A stretch of 39,598 nt of DNA from Candidatus Aenigmatarchaeota archaeon (GTDB lineage Archaea > Aenigmatarchaeota > Aenigmatarchaeia > QMZP01): the NCBI GenBank assembly GCA_015520105.1, contig WAQT01000033.1:1-39598 (forward strand), written 5' to 3'. The notes beneath the pieces were generated by a model that saw only the letters and a program-made list of their open reading frames with translations, was not told where the DNA came from and did not search any database. Both the position numbers and the translations under genes were made by a program. Positions 1 to 9,346 of the stretch are shown here, in pieces. How positions within the stretch are numbered: position 1 is the first letter of the stretch; each line of letters opens with the position of its first letter.

Positions 1-308
1 ATCACAAATCTCGCAGGCCTGCCTGGAGAATAGAGTTTCCATGTCCTTGGGTGTGGTCCGATAGGCGGGACGCTCTCAAAGACGTCAACCACCCTGAATC
101 CAGAGTCCGCAAACACAACGTCAATCGGAAACCGCATGAACGGCATCCATATGCCGTGCCTTCCCTCCTTCTCGAATTCCATGAGGAGGGACGCTCCTTT
201 TGGGAGGGATTTCCTGAACATGAGGCCCAGAGCCCTCCTGAACGGCGTGTCCGCAACCTCAACCGAATCGGAAAGCACGGACTTTCTTGTCTTGTTGAAT
301 ATAATCAT
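1..308 (-). CDS. DUF192 family protein (3'-truncated by window edge)
   Basis: Not in the ORF track. Manual translation from ATG at 308: MIIFNKTRKSVLSDSVEVADTPFRRALGLMFRKSLP...IWMPFMRFPIDVVFAD; the ADT..R..GLMFR and IWM..MRFPID motifs are typical of DUF192. Confidence 0.85.
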   Translation of the reverse strand, partial: MIIFNKTRKSVLSDSVEVADTPFRRALGLMFRKSLPKGASLLMEFEKEGRHGIWMPFMRFPIDVVFADSGFRVVDVFESVPPIGPHPRTWKLYSPGRPARFV

Positions 309-349
309 GGAAATAATTTGGCATGTGCGGTTTTTATTTCCTTCCGGGG

Positions 350-2353
350 CTACACCTTCTGGACATAGCCCGGGCTCGGCTCGAAAAGCAGGCCCTGCGT
401 CTTCAGCCTCTCCACTATCTCGTCCACCTCCTCGATGCCTTCCTGCTGGGCCATCTTCCTTATGTCGTCTATGTGTATCTCCTTCTTCTTCAGGGAAAGC
501 TCGTTGACTATGTCAAGCACCACTCTTATCTTCGACCTTTCTGAGGAGGATGTTCCTCCCTCGCTCCTGTCCACGTCTATCTGTCCTGTCTCCGGGTCGA
601 AACCGAGCTGGCGGAGGGAGAAGCGCATGAGCTTTATCGCCCTCTGGGCATCCTCCTTTCTAACCTTGTCCTGAAGCTGGACCTTTGCCGAGGCTTCGGA
701 AAGCCTTATCAGAGCCTCAAACTGCCTGAGTGTTATGGGTATCGCGCCGCCTCCTTCCGCTCCCTTCCTCATCTTCAGGTAGAAGTTCTTGAGTATCCTT
801 CCTGCCTCCTCGGTGAGTTGCGGAACGCATCTCTCCTTTGCATACGCTATGTACTTCCTTATGAGCTGGGCGTCAAGCTTGGGTCTCGAGCCTTCAAAAT
901 CCGGTTCCTGCCTTGTTCTCAGCATGTGGTCCACGACAAGCTTGTCGGTCTCGTGCTTCGGCTCGTCCTTGAGGGCGAACTTGAGGTCGAAACGGGAGAG
1001 AAGGGTGTCCGGTATCGTTATCTGCTTGGCTATCGGAAGATAGGGGTCGAATCTGGAGAATTTGGGATTGCCTCCGGCAAGGACAGATGTTTTTGCCGGA
1101 AGCGTTGCGACTATGGAAGCCTTTGCGATGGATATGGTTCCCTGCTCGAGCGCCTCGTGCATCGCGACCTGGTCCTCCTGGCTCATCTTCTCAAACTCAT
1201 CGACTGAAAGAAGGCCTTTGTTCGCCAGCACGAGAGCCCCTGCCTCGAGCACCCAGCCTCCCATGAACTGCTCGTCCTTGGAGACCGTGGCGGTGAGGCC
1301 CGCTCCGGTCACTCCCTTTCCTGACACGTACCTTCCTCGGGGAACTATCTCCGGTACGAGCTTTAGGAGCTGCGACTTTCCTGCCGAGGGGTCTCCTATC
1401 AGGAGGATGTGGATGTCGCCCCTCACGTAAGTGCCGTCGTTCAGAGACCTGGGGACGCCTCCGAACAGCTGGAGGATTATGGACTCCTTTATCTCCCTCA
1501 TTCCGTAGAGGGACGGCGCAAGCGAGTCCACGAAATACTCGTAAATCTTCGGGTCCTTCGCGAGCATTCTTATGGTCTCCTCGTCCTCCTTGGTTATCTC
1601 TATGCTCTGCCATTCCGTTTCAGTAGGCTCGACGTGGTTCGCCTCCACATAGAAATCGAGCTTGGCTGAGTATATCTTTCCTCTCGGAACGTCCTTGAGA
1701 ATGCCTGTTATCTTCAGCCTGTTTCCCGGGTCGGTCATCCTCCTTCCCTCGGGAGAGACAAGGTCTTCTGTGAGGAGGACGTTGACCTGGGACGGCCTGT
1801 CGCCCTCCGTGAGCTCGAAAGGCTCCTCCACAGTAATCCATCTCGTGTCTATGAGCTTTCTCTCTGCTTCAACGAAACCCTTCCTGTTCCCGCAGTCGCA
1901 CATGAACGGCCTGCTGATGTTCGTGCCCTGTTTTTCTTTCTCTATATACACTCCGCACTCCGGGCACTTCCATATCACCTTCTCTATCTCAGGCCTTATT
2001 TCGGAAGCCTTCCTGACAATGCCTTCTATATATACCAGCCTTCCTATATGGCTGGAACGCAAGTCCCTTATGTTCGTGAGTTCCGGGAGGTTGAAGAACC
2101 TTATCCTTACCTCTGATGGAAGGTCTATCTGGGACGAGGCCTCATTAGCGACGTCCATGAGAAACTCGGGCTCGTTCAGGAGGGTCTCTCCAAGCTCCCA
2201 GCTGAACTTCTCCATCACCTGAAAGTCCACAGCAAGAGACCTCTCCTCGTTGGCGGCCTTCACAAGCTCCTTGTAATACTTCTTTCTGAGAAACTCCTTG
2301 AACCTTGACACAAGCTCGTTCTTCCTCTCCTCAGGGTTCTGCTTCTTCTCCAT
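350..2353 (-). CDS. mcm: Replicative helicase MCM
   Basis: 667 aa; C4 zinc finger (CPECG...CDCG), Walker A GDPSAGKS, Walker B SVDEFEKM, arginine finger SRFD, ITLRQFEALIRL, C-terminal winged helix; no intein. Confidence 0.97.
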   Translation of the reverse strand: MEKKQNPEERKNELVSRFKEFLRKKYYKELVKAANEERSLAVDFQVMEKFSWELGETLLNEPEFLMDVANEASSQIDLPSEVRIRFFNLPELTNIRDLRSSHIGRLVYIEGIVRKASEIRPEIEKVIWKCPECGVYIEKEKQGTNISRPFMCDCGNRKGFVEAERKLIDTRWITVEEPFELTEGDRPSQVNVLLTEDLVSPEGRRMTDPGNRLKITGILKDVPRGKIYSAKLDFYVEANHVEPTETEWQSIEITKEDEETIRMLAKDPKIYEYFVDSLAPSLYGMREIKESIILQLFGGVPRSLNDGTYVRGDIHILLIGDPSAGKSQLLKLVPEIVPRGRYVSGKGVTGAGLTATVSKDEQFMGGWVLEAGALVLANKGLLSVDEFEKMSQEDQVAMHEALEQGTISIAKASIVATLPAKTSVLAGGNPKFSRFDPYLPIAKQITIPDTLLSRFDLKFALKDEPKHETDKLVVDHMLRTRQEPDFEGSRPKLDAQLIRKYIAYAKERCVPQLTEEAGRILKNFYLKMRKGAEGGGAIPITLRQFEALIRLSEASAKVQLQDKVRKEDAQRAIKLMRFSLRQLGFDPETGQIDVDRSEGGTSSSERSKIRVVLDIVNELSLKKKEIHIDDIRKMAQQEGIEEVDEIVERLKTQGLLFEPSPGYVQKV

Positions 2354-2399
2354 GGACGCTCCTCCGGCGGGATATTAAATTGGAAGCGTGTTTTAAATA

Positions 2400-3389
2400 T
2401 TACTTGCCCGGCTCTCGGATGCAGGAGTCGTACAATTCTTTGATAATTTCTTCGGTGTCGCAAAAACCTAACACTATTCTTTTCCTGTTCTTCATTAGTT
2501 TCTCAAAAAGCTTCTGCGTAAACTCCTTCTTCTTATTATAGTGTTTTTTGCCATGCTTGTACGCCTCTGCTACAGGCTTTATCACACTCTCTTTTTCCCT
2601 TTCCTTTATAGCGTCTGACAAAAGAACATTCTTTTTGAGATAGTTTGCTATATATCCGGCAGCGTGAGCATCAGAGAGTTCCTTGCCTGTCTTTATGAAC
2701 CTGTACGGCAGGTTGAAAGCTTCCAGTATCGCATCAGACACTATGTCATCTGAACCGATGCCGTATTTCTTCAGAATTGAAGCCACCTGAGGGTCGGTCT
2801 TTTTTGCTACTGTCTTCGTGATATCGCGCACGCTGTAGATGTTGTTTTTCTTGAGAGCCTTGCAGAACGGGTGCTCTTCCGCAGGGAAAATTCCGTGTCT
2901 GCTTATGGCAGTTTTTATTCTCTCAAGGCTTCTTTTTGGAAGCCGGAAAGCGTCTTTGAACTCGCTGTAGAAATACTCGTCGATATCCTCATAGAAAAGT
3001 TCGAGGGGCTTAACGTTTTCTGCGGAAGGTTCTGTGTGCAGCTCTCTATCTGGCGCGGTTTCATCCAGCTTCCGCGTTCTTCTCCTTTGTCTGCGGCCAT
3101 GAGCATGTCCATGAACCCTGTCGCATATTCTCCCCTCTTTTATAATTCCCGCGGCTTCCATTGCTTTGTAGAGCTCCGGGTTTGTCTCGAGCAGTTCATC
3201 AGCTGTCGCGATTCCGGATTCCTCGAATTCCATGAGCATGTCATGGGGAGACCAGCCCCTGTAATAGTTTCTCTCAAATTCTTCAATCTCATAAATGTCA
3301 GGCACTGTAGCAGGCATGTAAGAAATAGAAATGCCTCTCGCCCTCTCCGGAAAGACGAGAATGCTTTCCGCAATTGTTTTAGGGAGCAT
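2400..3389 (-). CDS. Hypothetical protein
   Basis: 329-aa ORF co-oriented upstream of mcm; no recognised motif; start codon uncertain. Confidence 0.6.
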   Translation of the reverse strand: MLPKTIAESILVFPERARGISISYMPATVPDIYEIEEFERNYYRGWSPHDMLMEFEESGIATADELLETNPELYKAMEAAGIIKEGRICDRVHGHAHGRRQRRRTRKLDETAPDRELHTEPSAENVKPLELFYEDIDEYFYSEFKDAFRLPKRSLERIKTAISRHGIFPAEEHPFCKALKKNNIYSVRDITKTVAKKTDPQVASILKKYGIGSDDIVSDAILEAFNLPYRFIKTGKELSDAHAAGYIANYLKKNVLLSDAIKEREKESVIKPVAEAYKHGKKHYNKKKEFTQKLFEKLMKNRKRIVLGFCDTEEIIKELYDSCIREPGK

Positions 3390-3398
3390 GATTTACCT

Positions 3399-4271
3399 TC
3401 ATATATCGTGATTATACAACTCGAGGTTTTTCCTGATTCTATTGAGTCTGTTGAGGGAGGGCTCAAGAACGTCTGCCACAACCCCAAGGGATATGTGCTT
3501 TGCTGCCTCAAGGGCGCCTCTCTTTGCGGGGTCATTGCCGCCCAACTCCCTGACAAGGGATTCGAGAGAGTCCCTGTATTCCTTCGTAGACCTTCCAGTG
3601 ATATTCAGTGCTTCGGCGTATATCCGTATTATATCATTTCTGTAACCCGGATAAGCGGAGATGAGAGATTCCATAGGTTCTGGTATACCGTTTTTTCTTG
3701 CCGGCGCAGTGCGTCCGGCATTCTGCCTGTCGGATAACGCAGCGCCCTGGCCTGCCGAATCTTCCATGAGGTATTCAGGCTCTTTCAGAGCCAATATGAA
3801 ATTTCTTATTTCTTCATATTTCATCGTTCTCCCGTGCACAATCATGACATTAAAAAATTTTTCGAGTGAGACGTTTCCATCTTCTGTGAGCACCGAAGGG
3901 TTTTTTCTGATGAGCCTGTGCACAATAAAATAGTAAGATTTCTCTTTCGCAGCAGCCTCCATGACCCGCTTCTTTGGTACGGATGAGTTAGTTATTTCGC
4001 TTTTGGTGCGCAGATAGTCGCTAATCACGGAAAGCGCGTCTTCTCGCTTTTTTGGTCCGCTGACATACTCCGCATACTTTCCGATATCAACCATTCCGCT
4101 GCTGTCAATCGCATTCTCGGTGACATATCTGGTGTGATTATTCGCTGTGGAAGGAGAAACCGATGATTTTCTGAGGAGCGCCCGGAACACGTCCTCTTCG
4201 ATTCTGATGTTGCTGTCAATCATCTGTCTGTAATCATCTACCTGACCAGCTGTCCAGAAAGAATGGGTCAT
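3399..4271 (-). CDS. Hypothetical protein
   Basis: 290-aa ORF, 9 nt from the next ORF, AT-rich TATA-like sequence upstream; no confident family. Confidence 0.65.
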   Translation of the reverse strand: MTHSFWTAGQVDDYRQMIDSNIRIEEDVFRALLRKSSVSPSTANNHTRYVTENAIDSSGMVDIGKYAEYVSGPKKREDALSVISDYLRTKSEITNSSVPKKRVMEAAAKEKSYYFIVHRLIRKNPSVLTEDGNVSLEKFFNVMIVHGRTMKYEEIRNFILALKEPEYLMEDSAGQGAALSDRQNAGRTAPARKNGIPEPMESLISAYPGYRNDIIRIYAEALNITGRSTKEYRDSLESLVRELGGNDPAKRGALEAAKHISLGVVADVLEPSLNRLNRIRKNLELYNHDI

Positions 4272-4352
4272 GGTTTATTGTATAGAAAAAGTTTTAAATT
4301 GCTTCATCGCTCTGTTCTCTGCTATTCAAAGCAATGAGAGCGGCAGCCGCAG

Positions 4353-4775
4353 TTACTTTATCCTCTCGTTCAGTATGGCCGGGCACACCCTGGTGACGCC
4401 CTCCACAGATTCGAGCTTCCTTATGAACCCGGAAAGTCTTCCTGAATCCGCGAGCCAGCATTCTGCAAGTATCATGTGGTCTCCGCTCGAGGAGTAGAGC
4501 GAAACAACCTCCTTCATGCTCCTGAGACTCTCAATCACGAATATGTATCTCTCGGGAAGCGTGTCTATTCCCACAACAGCCTGCGCGCCGAAACCGAGCT
4601 TCTTGGGGTCGGCGTCTATGGTGTATCTCTTTATAGCCCCGGACCTCTCCAGCGCTTTCATCCTCTTTCTCACAGCTGTCTCGCTCACCCCGAGAGCAGA
4701 AGCAAGCTCCACATAGGGGGTTCTGGAATTCCTCATTAGAAGCTCTATGAGTTTTTGGTTTGATATTCGAACCAT
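4353..4775 (-). CDS. lrpA: Lrp/AsnC family regulator, LrpA type
   Basis: HTH LGVSETAVRKRMKALE and C-terminal RAM domain with SSGDHMI and GVTRVCPAIL, as in Pyrococcus LrpA; start moved to ATG at 4775 (MVRISN) to avoid overlap with the divergent gene. Confidence 0.88.
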   Translation of the reverse strand: MVRISNQKLIELLMRNSRTPYVELASALGVSETAVRKRMKALERSGAIKRYTIDADPKKLGFGAQAVVGIDTLPERYIFVIESLRSMKEVVSLYSSSGDHMILAECWLADSGRLSGFIRKLESVEGVTRVCPAILNERIK

Positions 4776-4793
4776 AACTTTATATATTCGGAT

Positions 4794-4810
4794 ATAACTT
4801 ATAAAGTTAT
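4794..4810. promoter_or_regulatory. Inverted repeat in the divergent lrpA/rubrerythrin promoter, candidate operator
   Basis: ATAACTT-ata-AAGTTAT, flanked by TTCG and CGAA, in a 55-nt intergenic region. Confidence 0.45.
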
Positions 4811-4830
4811 CGAAATAGGAGGTGATTTTC

Positions 4831-5412
4831 ATGGAAAAGACAATAGAGAATCTTGCAAAGGCTTTCGTCGGAGAGAGTCAGGCAAGGAACCGCTACACGT
4901 TTTACGCAAAGATAGCGCAGAAGGAGGGATTTGAACAGATAGCGGAGATATTCCTCGCCACAGCGGACAACGAGAGGGAGCACGCAAAGTGGCTCATGAG
5001 ACTGATAAATGAGCTGAAGAAGAAATCGGGGAACGATATCGAGATAAGTGTTGACGCTCCTGTTCCCACAGTGCTTGGAGACACAAGAGAAAACCTGAAA
5101 GCGGCAATCGAGGGAGAGAATTACGAGAACACGAAGATGTATCCCGAATTCGCTGATATCGCTGAAAAGGAAGGGTTTCCCGAAATAGCGAAGAGGCTCA
5201 GGGCGATAGCTGTTGCCGAAAAGCATCACGAGGAGAGGTATCAGAAGCTTCTTAATGAGGTTGAAGGGAACACGGTGTTCAAGAAGGGAGAGAAAACCGT
5301 ATGGGTGTGCAGGAAGTGCGGATATGCGCACGAGGGCGAGGAGCCTCCGGAGAACTGTCCGTCCTGCAGCCATCCGAAGAACTACTTTGAAGTGAAGTGC
5401 GAGATGTACTGA
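4831..5412 (+). CDS. rbr: Rubrerythrin
   Basis: [22 protein letters not shown] di-iron ligands; C-terminal rubredoxin-like CRKCG...CPSC; SD GGAGGTGA before ATG 4831. Confidence 0.95.
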   Translation: MEKTIENLAKAFVGESQARNRYTFYAKIAQKEGFEQIAEIFLATADNEREHAKWLMRLINELKKKSGNDIEISVDAPVPTVLGDTRENLKAAIEGENYENTKMYPEFADIAEKEGFPEIAKRLRAIAVAEKHHEERYQKLLNEVEGNTVFKKGEKTVWVCRKCGYAHEGEEPPENCPSCSHPKNYFEVKCEMY

Positions 5413-5422
5413 GGCGATAAGA

Positions 5423-5797
5423 ATGGCCGAGGTAAAAGAGGTGTACAGGTGCAACATATGCGGGAACGTGGTTGAACTCATGCATGCCGGCGGAGGCCAG
5501 CTCGTGTGCTGCGGCCAGCCCATGGAGCTTCTCGAGGAGAAGAAAGAAGAAGAGGGGAAAGAGAAGCACGTTCCTGTAATAGAGAGGAACGGAAATATCG
5601 TAAAGGTGAAGGTCGGTTCAGTTCCCCATCCCATGGAGGAGAAGCATTACATAGCATGGATAGAGCTGGTCGCTGACGGGGTTTCCATGAGAAGCTTCTT
5701 GAGGCCGGGAGAAAAACCGGAAGCGGAGTTCGAGACAGGCGCAAAGAGTCTATCAGCGAGGGAGTACTGCAATCTCCACGGCCTCTGGAAGTCATAG
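5423..5797 (+). CDS. dfx: Desulfoferrodoxin (2Fe superoxide reductase)
   Basis: CNICGN...CCGQPM desulforedoxin domain; [21 protein letters not shown]. Confidence 0.95.
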   Translation: MAEVKEVYRCNICGNVVELMHAGGGQLVCCGQPMELLEEKKEEEGKEKHVPVIERNGNIVKVKVGSVPHPMEEKHYIAWIELVADGVSMRSFLRPGEKPEAEFETGAKSLSAREYCNLHGLWKS

Positions 5798-5838
5798 CCT
5801 GCGCGATACCCATTTAAGAAGGCTCGGACATAATTAAA

Positions 5839-6651
5839 ATGATGTTCGAGTCCTTTGTTGATTTTTCCGAGATAAAAAGGAAACCGTGGCTCATGCTTGT
5901 CTGGGCAGTCGTGATTTCAAGCATTGCTATTCTCGTGAGCGCCCAGATATCGTACAGAATGGCCGCGGGGTCATACATCATAAACCTTTCCGGAATATTT
6001 GCTGTGCTCTTCACCATAATACCGGCATCATACTTTCTGACACTCATAATAAAGAAGGAGGAGAAGCTTGAGGAGAAGGAGATTGTAGAGTATCATAAAA
6101 AGAGCTTCTGGGACAAGCACGAGCTTTACGTAAAGTGGACCGGCCTGTTCTTCATCGGGCTCACGCTCAGCTTCTCGGTATGGTCATTCCTCCTTCCACA
6201 GGACTTCTTTCAGGTCCAGAACCACAAGATAGACCAGATACAGGGAAGGTTCGTGACAGGGAACTATGTGAGAGGCGACTTCGGAAGTTTTGTGAAGATA
6301 GTCCAGAACAACCTTCAGGTGATGCTCTTTGCCTTTGTGTTCTCCCTGGTGTTCGGCGCAGGCGCTGTCTTCATAATAACATGGAATGCATCCATACTCG
6401 GGGTCGCGATAGCCAGAGTGGCAGGCCACCCCCTGAATATACCGGTCACGGCCCTGCGTTATGTGCCTCACGGCGTTCCTGAAATAGCTGCTTATCTTCT
6501 GGCCGGGCTTGCCGGAGGCATACTCTCCGCGGCAGTGATAAGGGAGCACGACAGCAGAGTTCTCAGGGTCATCGCGATGGACAGCGCAAAGGTAATGCTT
6601 CTCGCTCTGGCGCTGGTCATAGTTGCGGGCGCGATAGAGGTTTACCTCTGA
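5839..6651 (+). CDS. SpoIIM-like (DUF95) membrane protein
   Basis: Multi-pass hydrophobic protein with NNLQV, WNASILG and PHGVPEIAAY motifs. Confidence 0.8.
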   Translation: MMFESFVDFSEIKRKPWLMLVWAVVISSIAILVSAQISYRMAAGSYIINLSGIFAVLFTIIPASYFLTLIIKKEEKLEEKEIVEYHKKSFWDKHELYVKWTGLFFIGLTLSFSVWSFLLPQDFFQVQNHKIDQIQGRFVTGNYVRGDFGSFVKIVQNNLQVMLFAFVFSLVFGAGAVFIITWNASILGVAIARVAGHPLNIPVTALRYVPHGVPEIAAYLLAGLAGGILSAAVIREHDSRVLRVIAMDSAKVMLLALALVIVAGAIEVYL

Positions 6652-6662
6652 CTCAGCCGGCT

Positions 6663-7226
6663 CTATTTGTTCGGGATTATAGGAACCATCGCTGTAACGT
6701 TCCGGCCCGCATAGGACGGTTCGAATATTCCGAGCATCCAGGCCATGCCGTAGTAGCCGGCCCAGGCGAGCGCCCAGCCCGCTATTATCTTTCCTATGAG
6801 CGTCGCGAGAAAGAACCTTCTGAAGTCGTACTTTATCATCCCGGCAAGCACTCCTATAATATCAAAGGGAAGGGGCGTCGCCGCGAAGAGAATAATCACC
6901 GGAAACACTCCGTGTTTCTCTGCCCATTCATGCGCCCTTCTGAGATTCCTGCCGTATTTCCTTTTCACAGCCTCCCTTCCGCCTCTTCCCAGAGCATAGG
7001 AGGTCATCTCCCCTATGGCCGAACCCGCTCCGGCAACAACCCCCACAATCCAGGGATTGAATCCGGGCGTTCCTCCGAGAATGAAGTTTATTATAAACGC
7101 GGGCGCTGGAAAGATTATGCTCATAGAGCCAACAATCTCGACGAGGAAGAGACCGAGGTATCCCCATGCGACAATCATGCTGTTGGCCCATTCAAAGAAA
7201 CCAAACAGGATGTAAGAGGGTTCCAT
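6663..7226 (-). CDS. VTT/DedA (SNARE-associated) membrane protein
   Basis: GSAIGEMTSYALGR, FAATPLPFDIIGVLAG, FFLATLIGK. Confidence 0.85.
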   Translation of the reverse strand: MEPSYILFGFFEWANSMIVAWGYLGLFLVEIVGSMSIIFPAPAFIINFILGGTPGFNPWIVGVVAGAGSAIGEMTSYALGRGGREAVKRKYGRNLRRAHEWAEKHGVFPVIILFAATPLPFDIIGVLAGMIKYDFRRFFLATLIGKIIAGWALAWAGYYGMAWMLGIFEPSYAGRNVTAMVPIIPNK

Positions 7227-7259
7227 GCTAATTATTAAAACAGCCGGATAAATAATGTT

Positions 7260-7679
7260 ATGGTCGTGGAGACAAGATTCATAGAGGTTCAGTCCGGCCC
7301 TGACATTGACATAATAGACATAACGGGCATGGTTTCAGAGGAGGTGAAGAAGTCTTCTGCCTCCTCAGGCATCGTGACGGTGTTTGTTTCAGGCTCAACC
7401 GCCTCTGTCACCACCACGGAGTTCGAGCCTAACCTGAACTCCGACCTTAAGGATGCGATTGAGAGGCTGGTTCCTTCGGATATACGGTATAAGCACAAGG
7501 AGACCTGGGGGGACGACAACGGAAAGAGCCATGTGAGGGCAAGCCTTTTCAAGCCGGAACTAACGATTCCCTTCAAAGACAGGGAGCTTCTGCTCGGAAC
7601 GTGGCAGCAGATTGTTCTCATAGACTTCGATGTTCCTGCGAGGACGCGAAGGATTGTTCTTCAGATTATGGGGGAATAG
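7260..7679 (+). CDS. yjbQ: YjbQ/UPF0047 family protein
   Basis: DIT, GSTASVTTTEFEP, DNGKSHVRASL, LGTWQQIVLIDFD. Confidence 0.92.
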   Translation: MVVETRFIEVQSGPDIDIIDITGMVSEEVKKSSASSGIVTVFVSGSTASVTTTEFEPNLNSDLKDAIERLVPSDIRYKHKETWGDDNGKSHVRASLFKPELTIPFKDRELLLGTWQQIVLIDFDVPARTRRIVLQIMGE

Positions 7680-7682
7680 ACA

Positions 7683-9335
7683 ATGAGAGACAGGATTCTC
7701 AAGTACGTCCTTCAGAACGCTGTCTTTTACGGAGGCAGGGCAAGCGTAAAGGCTGTTATGGGAAAGGTTATGTCCTCGGAGCCTGAACTCAGAAGGAAGC
7801 CGGAGCAGGTGAGGATAGAGGTGGAGAACCTTGTCAGGAGCATAAACGAGATGGGTCTGGAGAAGCAGAGGGAGATGCTGGAGAGCATCGCTCCAGAGCT
7901 TCTTGAGAGGAAGGAGAAGAAGCAGGAAGGCCTTCCTGAGCTTCCGAACGCGGTCGAAGGGAAGGTCGTGACGCGCTTCGCCCCGGCGCCGACCGGGCCT
8001 CTCAACATCAGCCAGGTTCTGAGGGCCGCTATGCTCAGCTACCTTTATGCGGAGAAGTACAGAGGGAAGTTCATACTGAGATTCGAGGACACGGACGCAA
8101 GGAGGATTGAAAAGAGGTTCTACAGGATGATAGAGGAGGACCTGAAGGCCTGCGGCATCACGTGGAACAGGAAGTTTATAGAGTCTGAGGACATGGAATC
8201 CTTCTACAGTCATGCCAAGAAGCTCCTGAAGGAAGGCAAGGCGTACATGTGCTCGTGCAACCAGGACGAGTTCAGGAAACTCAAGCTCAAGAAGCTTCCC
8301 TGCCCGTGCAGGGACAGGAGCCCAGGAGAGAATCTTGCGATGTGGGAGAGGGCGCTGAACAGGGAGTGCAGGGAAGGTGAAGTGGTGATGAGGTTCAAAA
8401 CCTCCATGAGCGACCCGAACCCCGCGCTGAGGGACCCTCCTATAATGAGGATATTGAAGGCAAGGCACCCCCTCCAGGGAAGGAAATACGATGTCTGGCC
8501 CCTCTATAATTTCGCTAACGTGATAGAGGACCATTCTCAGGGAGTGACCCACGTGTTCAGGGGAAAGGAGCATGAGCACAACACAGAGATTCAGAGAAGG
8601 ATTTACGAGGCGTTCGGCTGGAAAGCCCCAGAGGCCGTGAACTTCGGAATGATATACCTGCCGGGAGAGAAGCTCCACACGAGGGATATAAAGGAGGGGA
8701 TACGGAAAGGCCTTTATTCCGGCTGGGACGACCCGAGGCTTCACACTGTCAGGGCGCTGATGAGAAGGGGGTTCGTGGCCGAGGCTTTCAGGAAATACGC
8801 GGAACACTGCAGCCTGACGAAGACCGATATACGCCTCGACTGGGAGATATTCGAATCCTACAACAGGAAGGCGATAGACCGCATAGCGGACAGGTGCATG
8901 GTGGTCATGAATCCTGTCAGGATAGACATAAGGAAGACAGGCCTCGCGGGCAGGAGCGTGAGGCTCAGGAACCATCCGGAAAGGATAGACACGAGGGAGA
9001 TAAGGCTCGGCACGCACGTACTTGTTTCAGGGGACGATTTCAGAGAGTTTGAAGGGAAGGAAGTGAGGCTCAAGGGAATCTCTGCAGGAACTCTCAAGAA
9101 AAGATTTGAGCCGGACAAGGGAGAGCCGGAGCATGCTCAGATAATACAGTGGGTGCCGGCAGAGAGCGCTGTCGATGTTGAGATTGTGAAACCGGAAGGG
9201 AAACTGAAAGGTTTCGGCGAGCCGCTCATGAAGAAGCTTTCTATCGGAAAGATAATACAGATGGAAAGGATAGGTTTCGGAAGGGTGGACAGAAGAACAA
9301 GGGACGGCGTTGTGATTTTCTTCGCCCACAGATAG
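7683..9335 (+). CDS. gltX: Glutamate--tRNA ligase, archaeal type, with degenerate HIGH motif
   Basis: VVTRFAP, LRFEDTD, YMCSC, WPLYNFA..IEDH, THVFRGKEH, GWDDPRL, QMERIGFGRVD. Confidence 0.9.
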   Translation: MRDRILKYVLQNAVFYGGRASVKAVMGKVMSSEPELRRKPEQVRIEVENLVRSINEMGLEKQREMLESIAPELLERKEKKQEGLPELPNAVEGKVVTRFAPAPTGPLNISQVLRAAMLSYLYAEKYRGKFILRFEDTDARRIEKRFYRMIEEDLKACGITWNRKFIESEDMESFYSHAKKLLKEGKAYMCSCNQDEFRKLKLKKLPCPCRDRSPGENLAMWERALNRECREGEVVMRFKTSMSDPNPALRDPPIMRILKARHPLQGRKYDVWPLYNFANVIEDHSQGVTHVFRGKEHEHNTEIQRRIYEAFGWKAPEAVNFGMIYLPGEKLHTRDIKEGIRKGLYSGWDDPRLHTVRALMRRGFVAEAFRKYAEHCSLTKTDIRLDWEIFESYNRKAIDRIADRCMVVMNPVRIDIRKTGLAGRSVRLRNHPERIDTREIRLGTHVLVSGDDFREFEGKEVRLKGISAGTLKKRFEPDKGEPEHAQIIQWVPAESAVDVEIVKPEGKLKGFGEPLMKKLSIGKIIQMERIGFGRVDRRTRDGVVIFFAHR

Positions 9336-9346
9336 ATGTAATCCGG

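Noticed and set aside
7560-9017. 485-aa antisense ORF over gltX, and many similar shadow ORFs over mcm, lhr, herA and rpo genes
   Set aside because: They lie entirely opposite well-supported genes, have no motifs and are expected from codon bias
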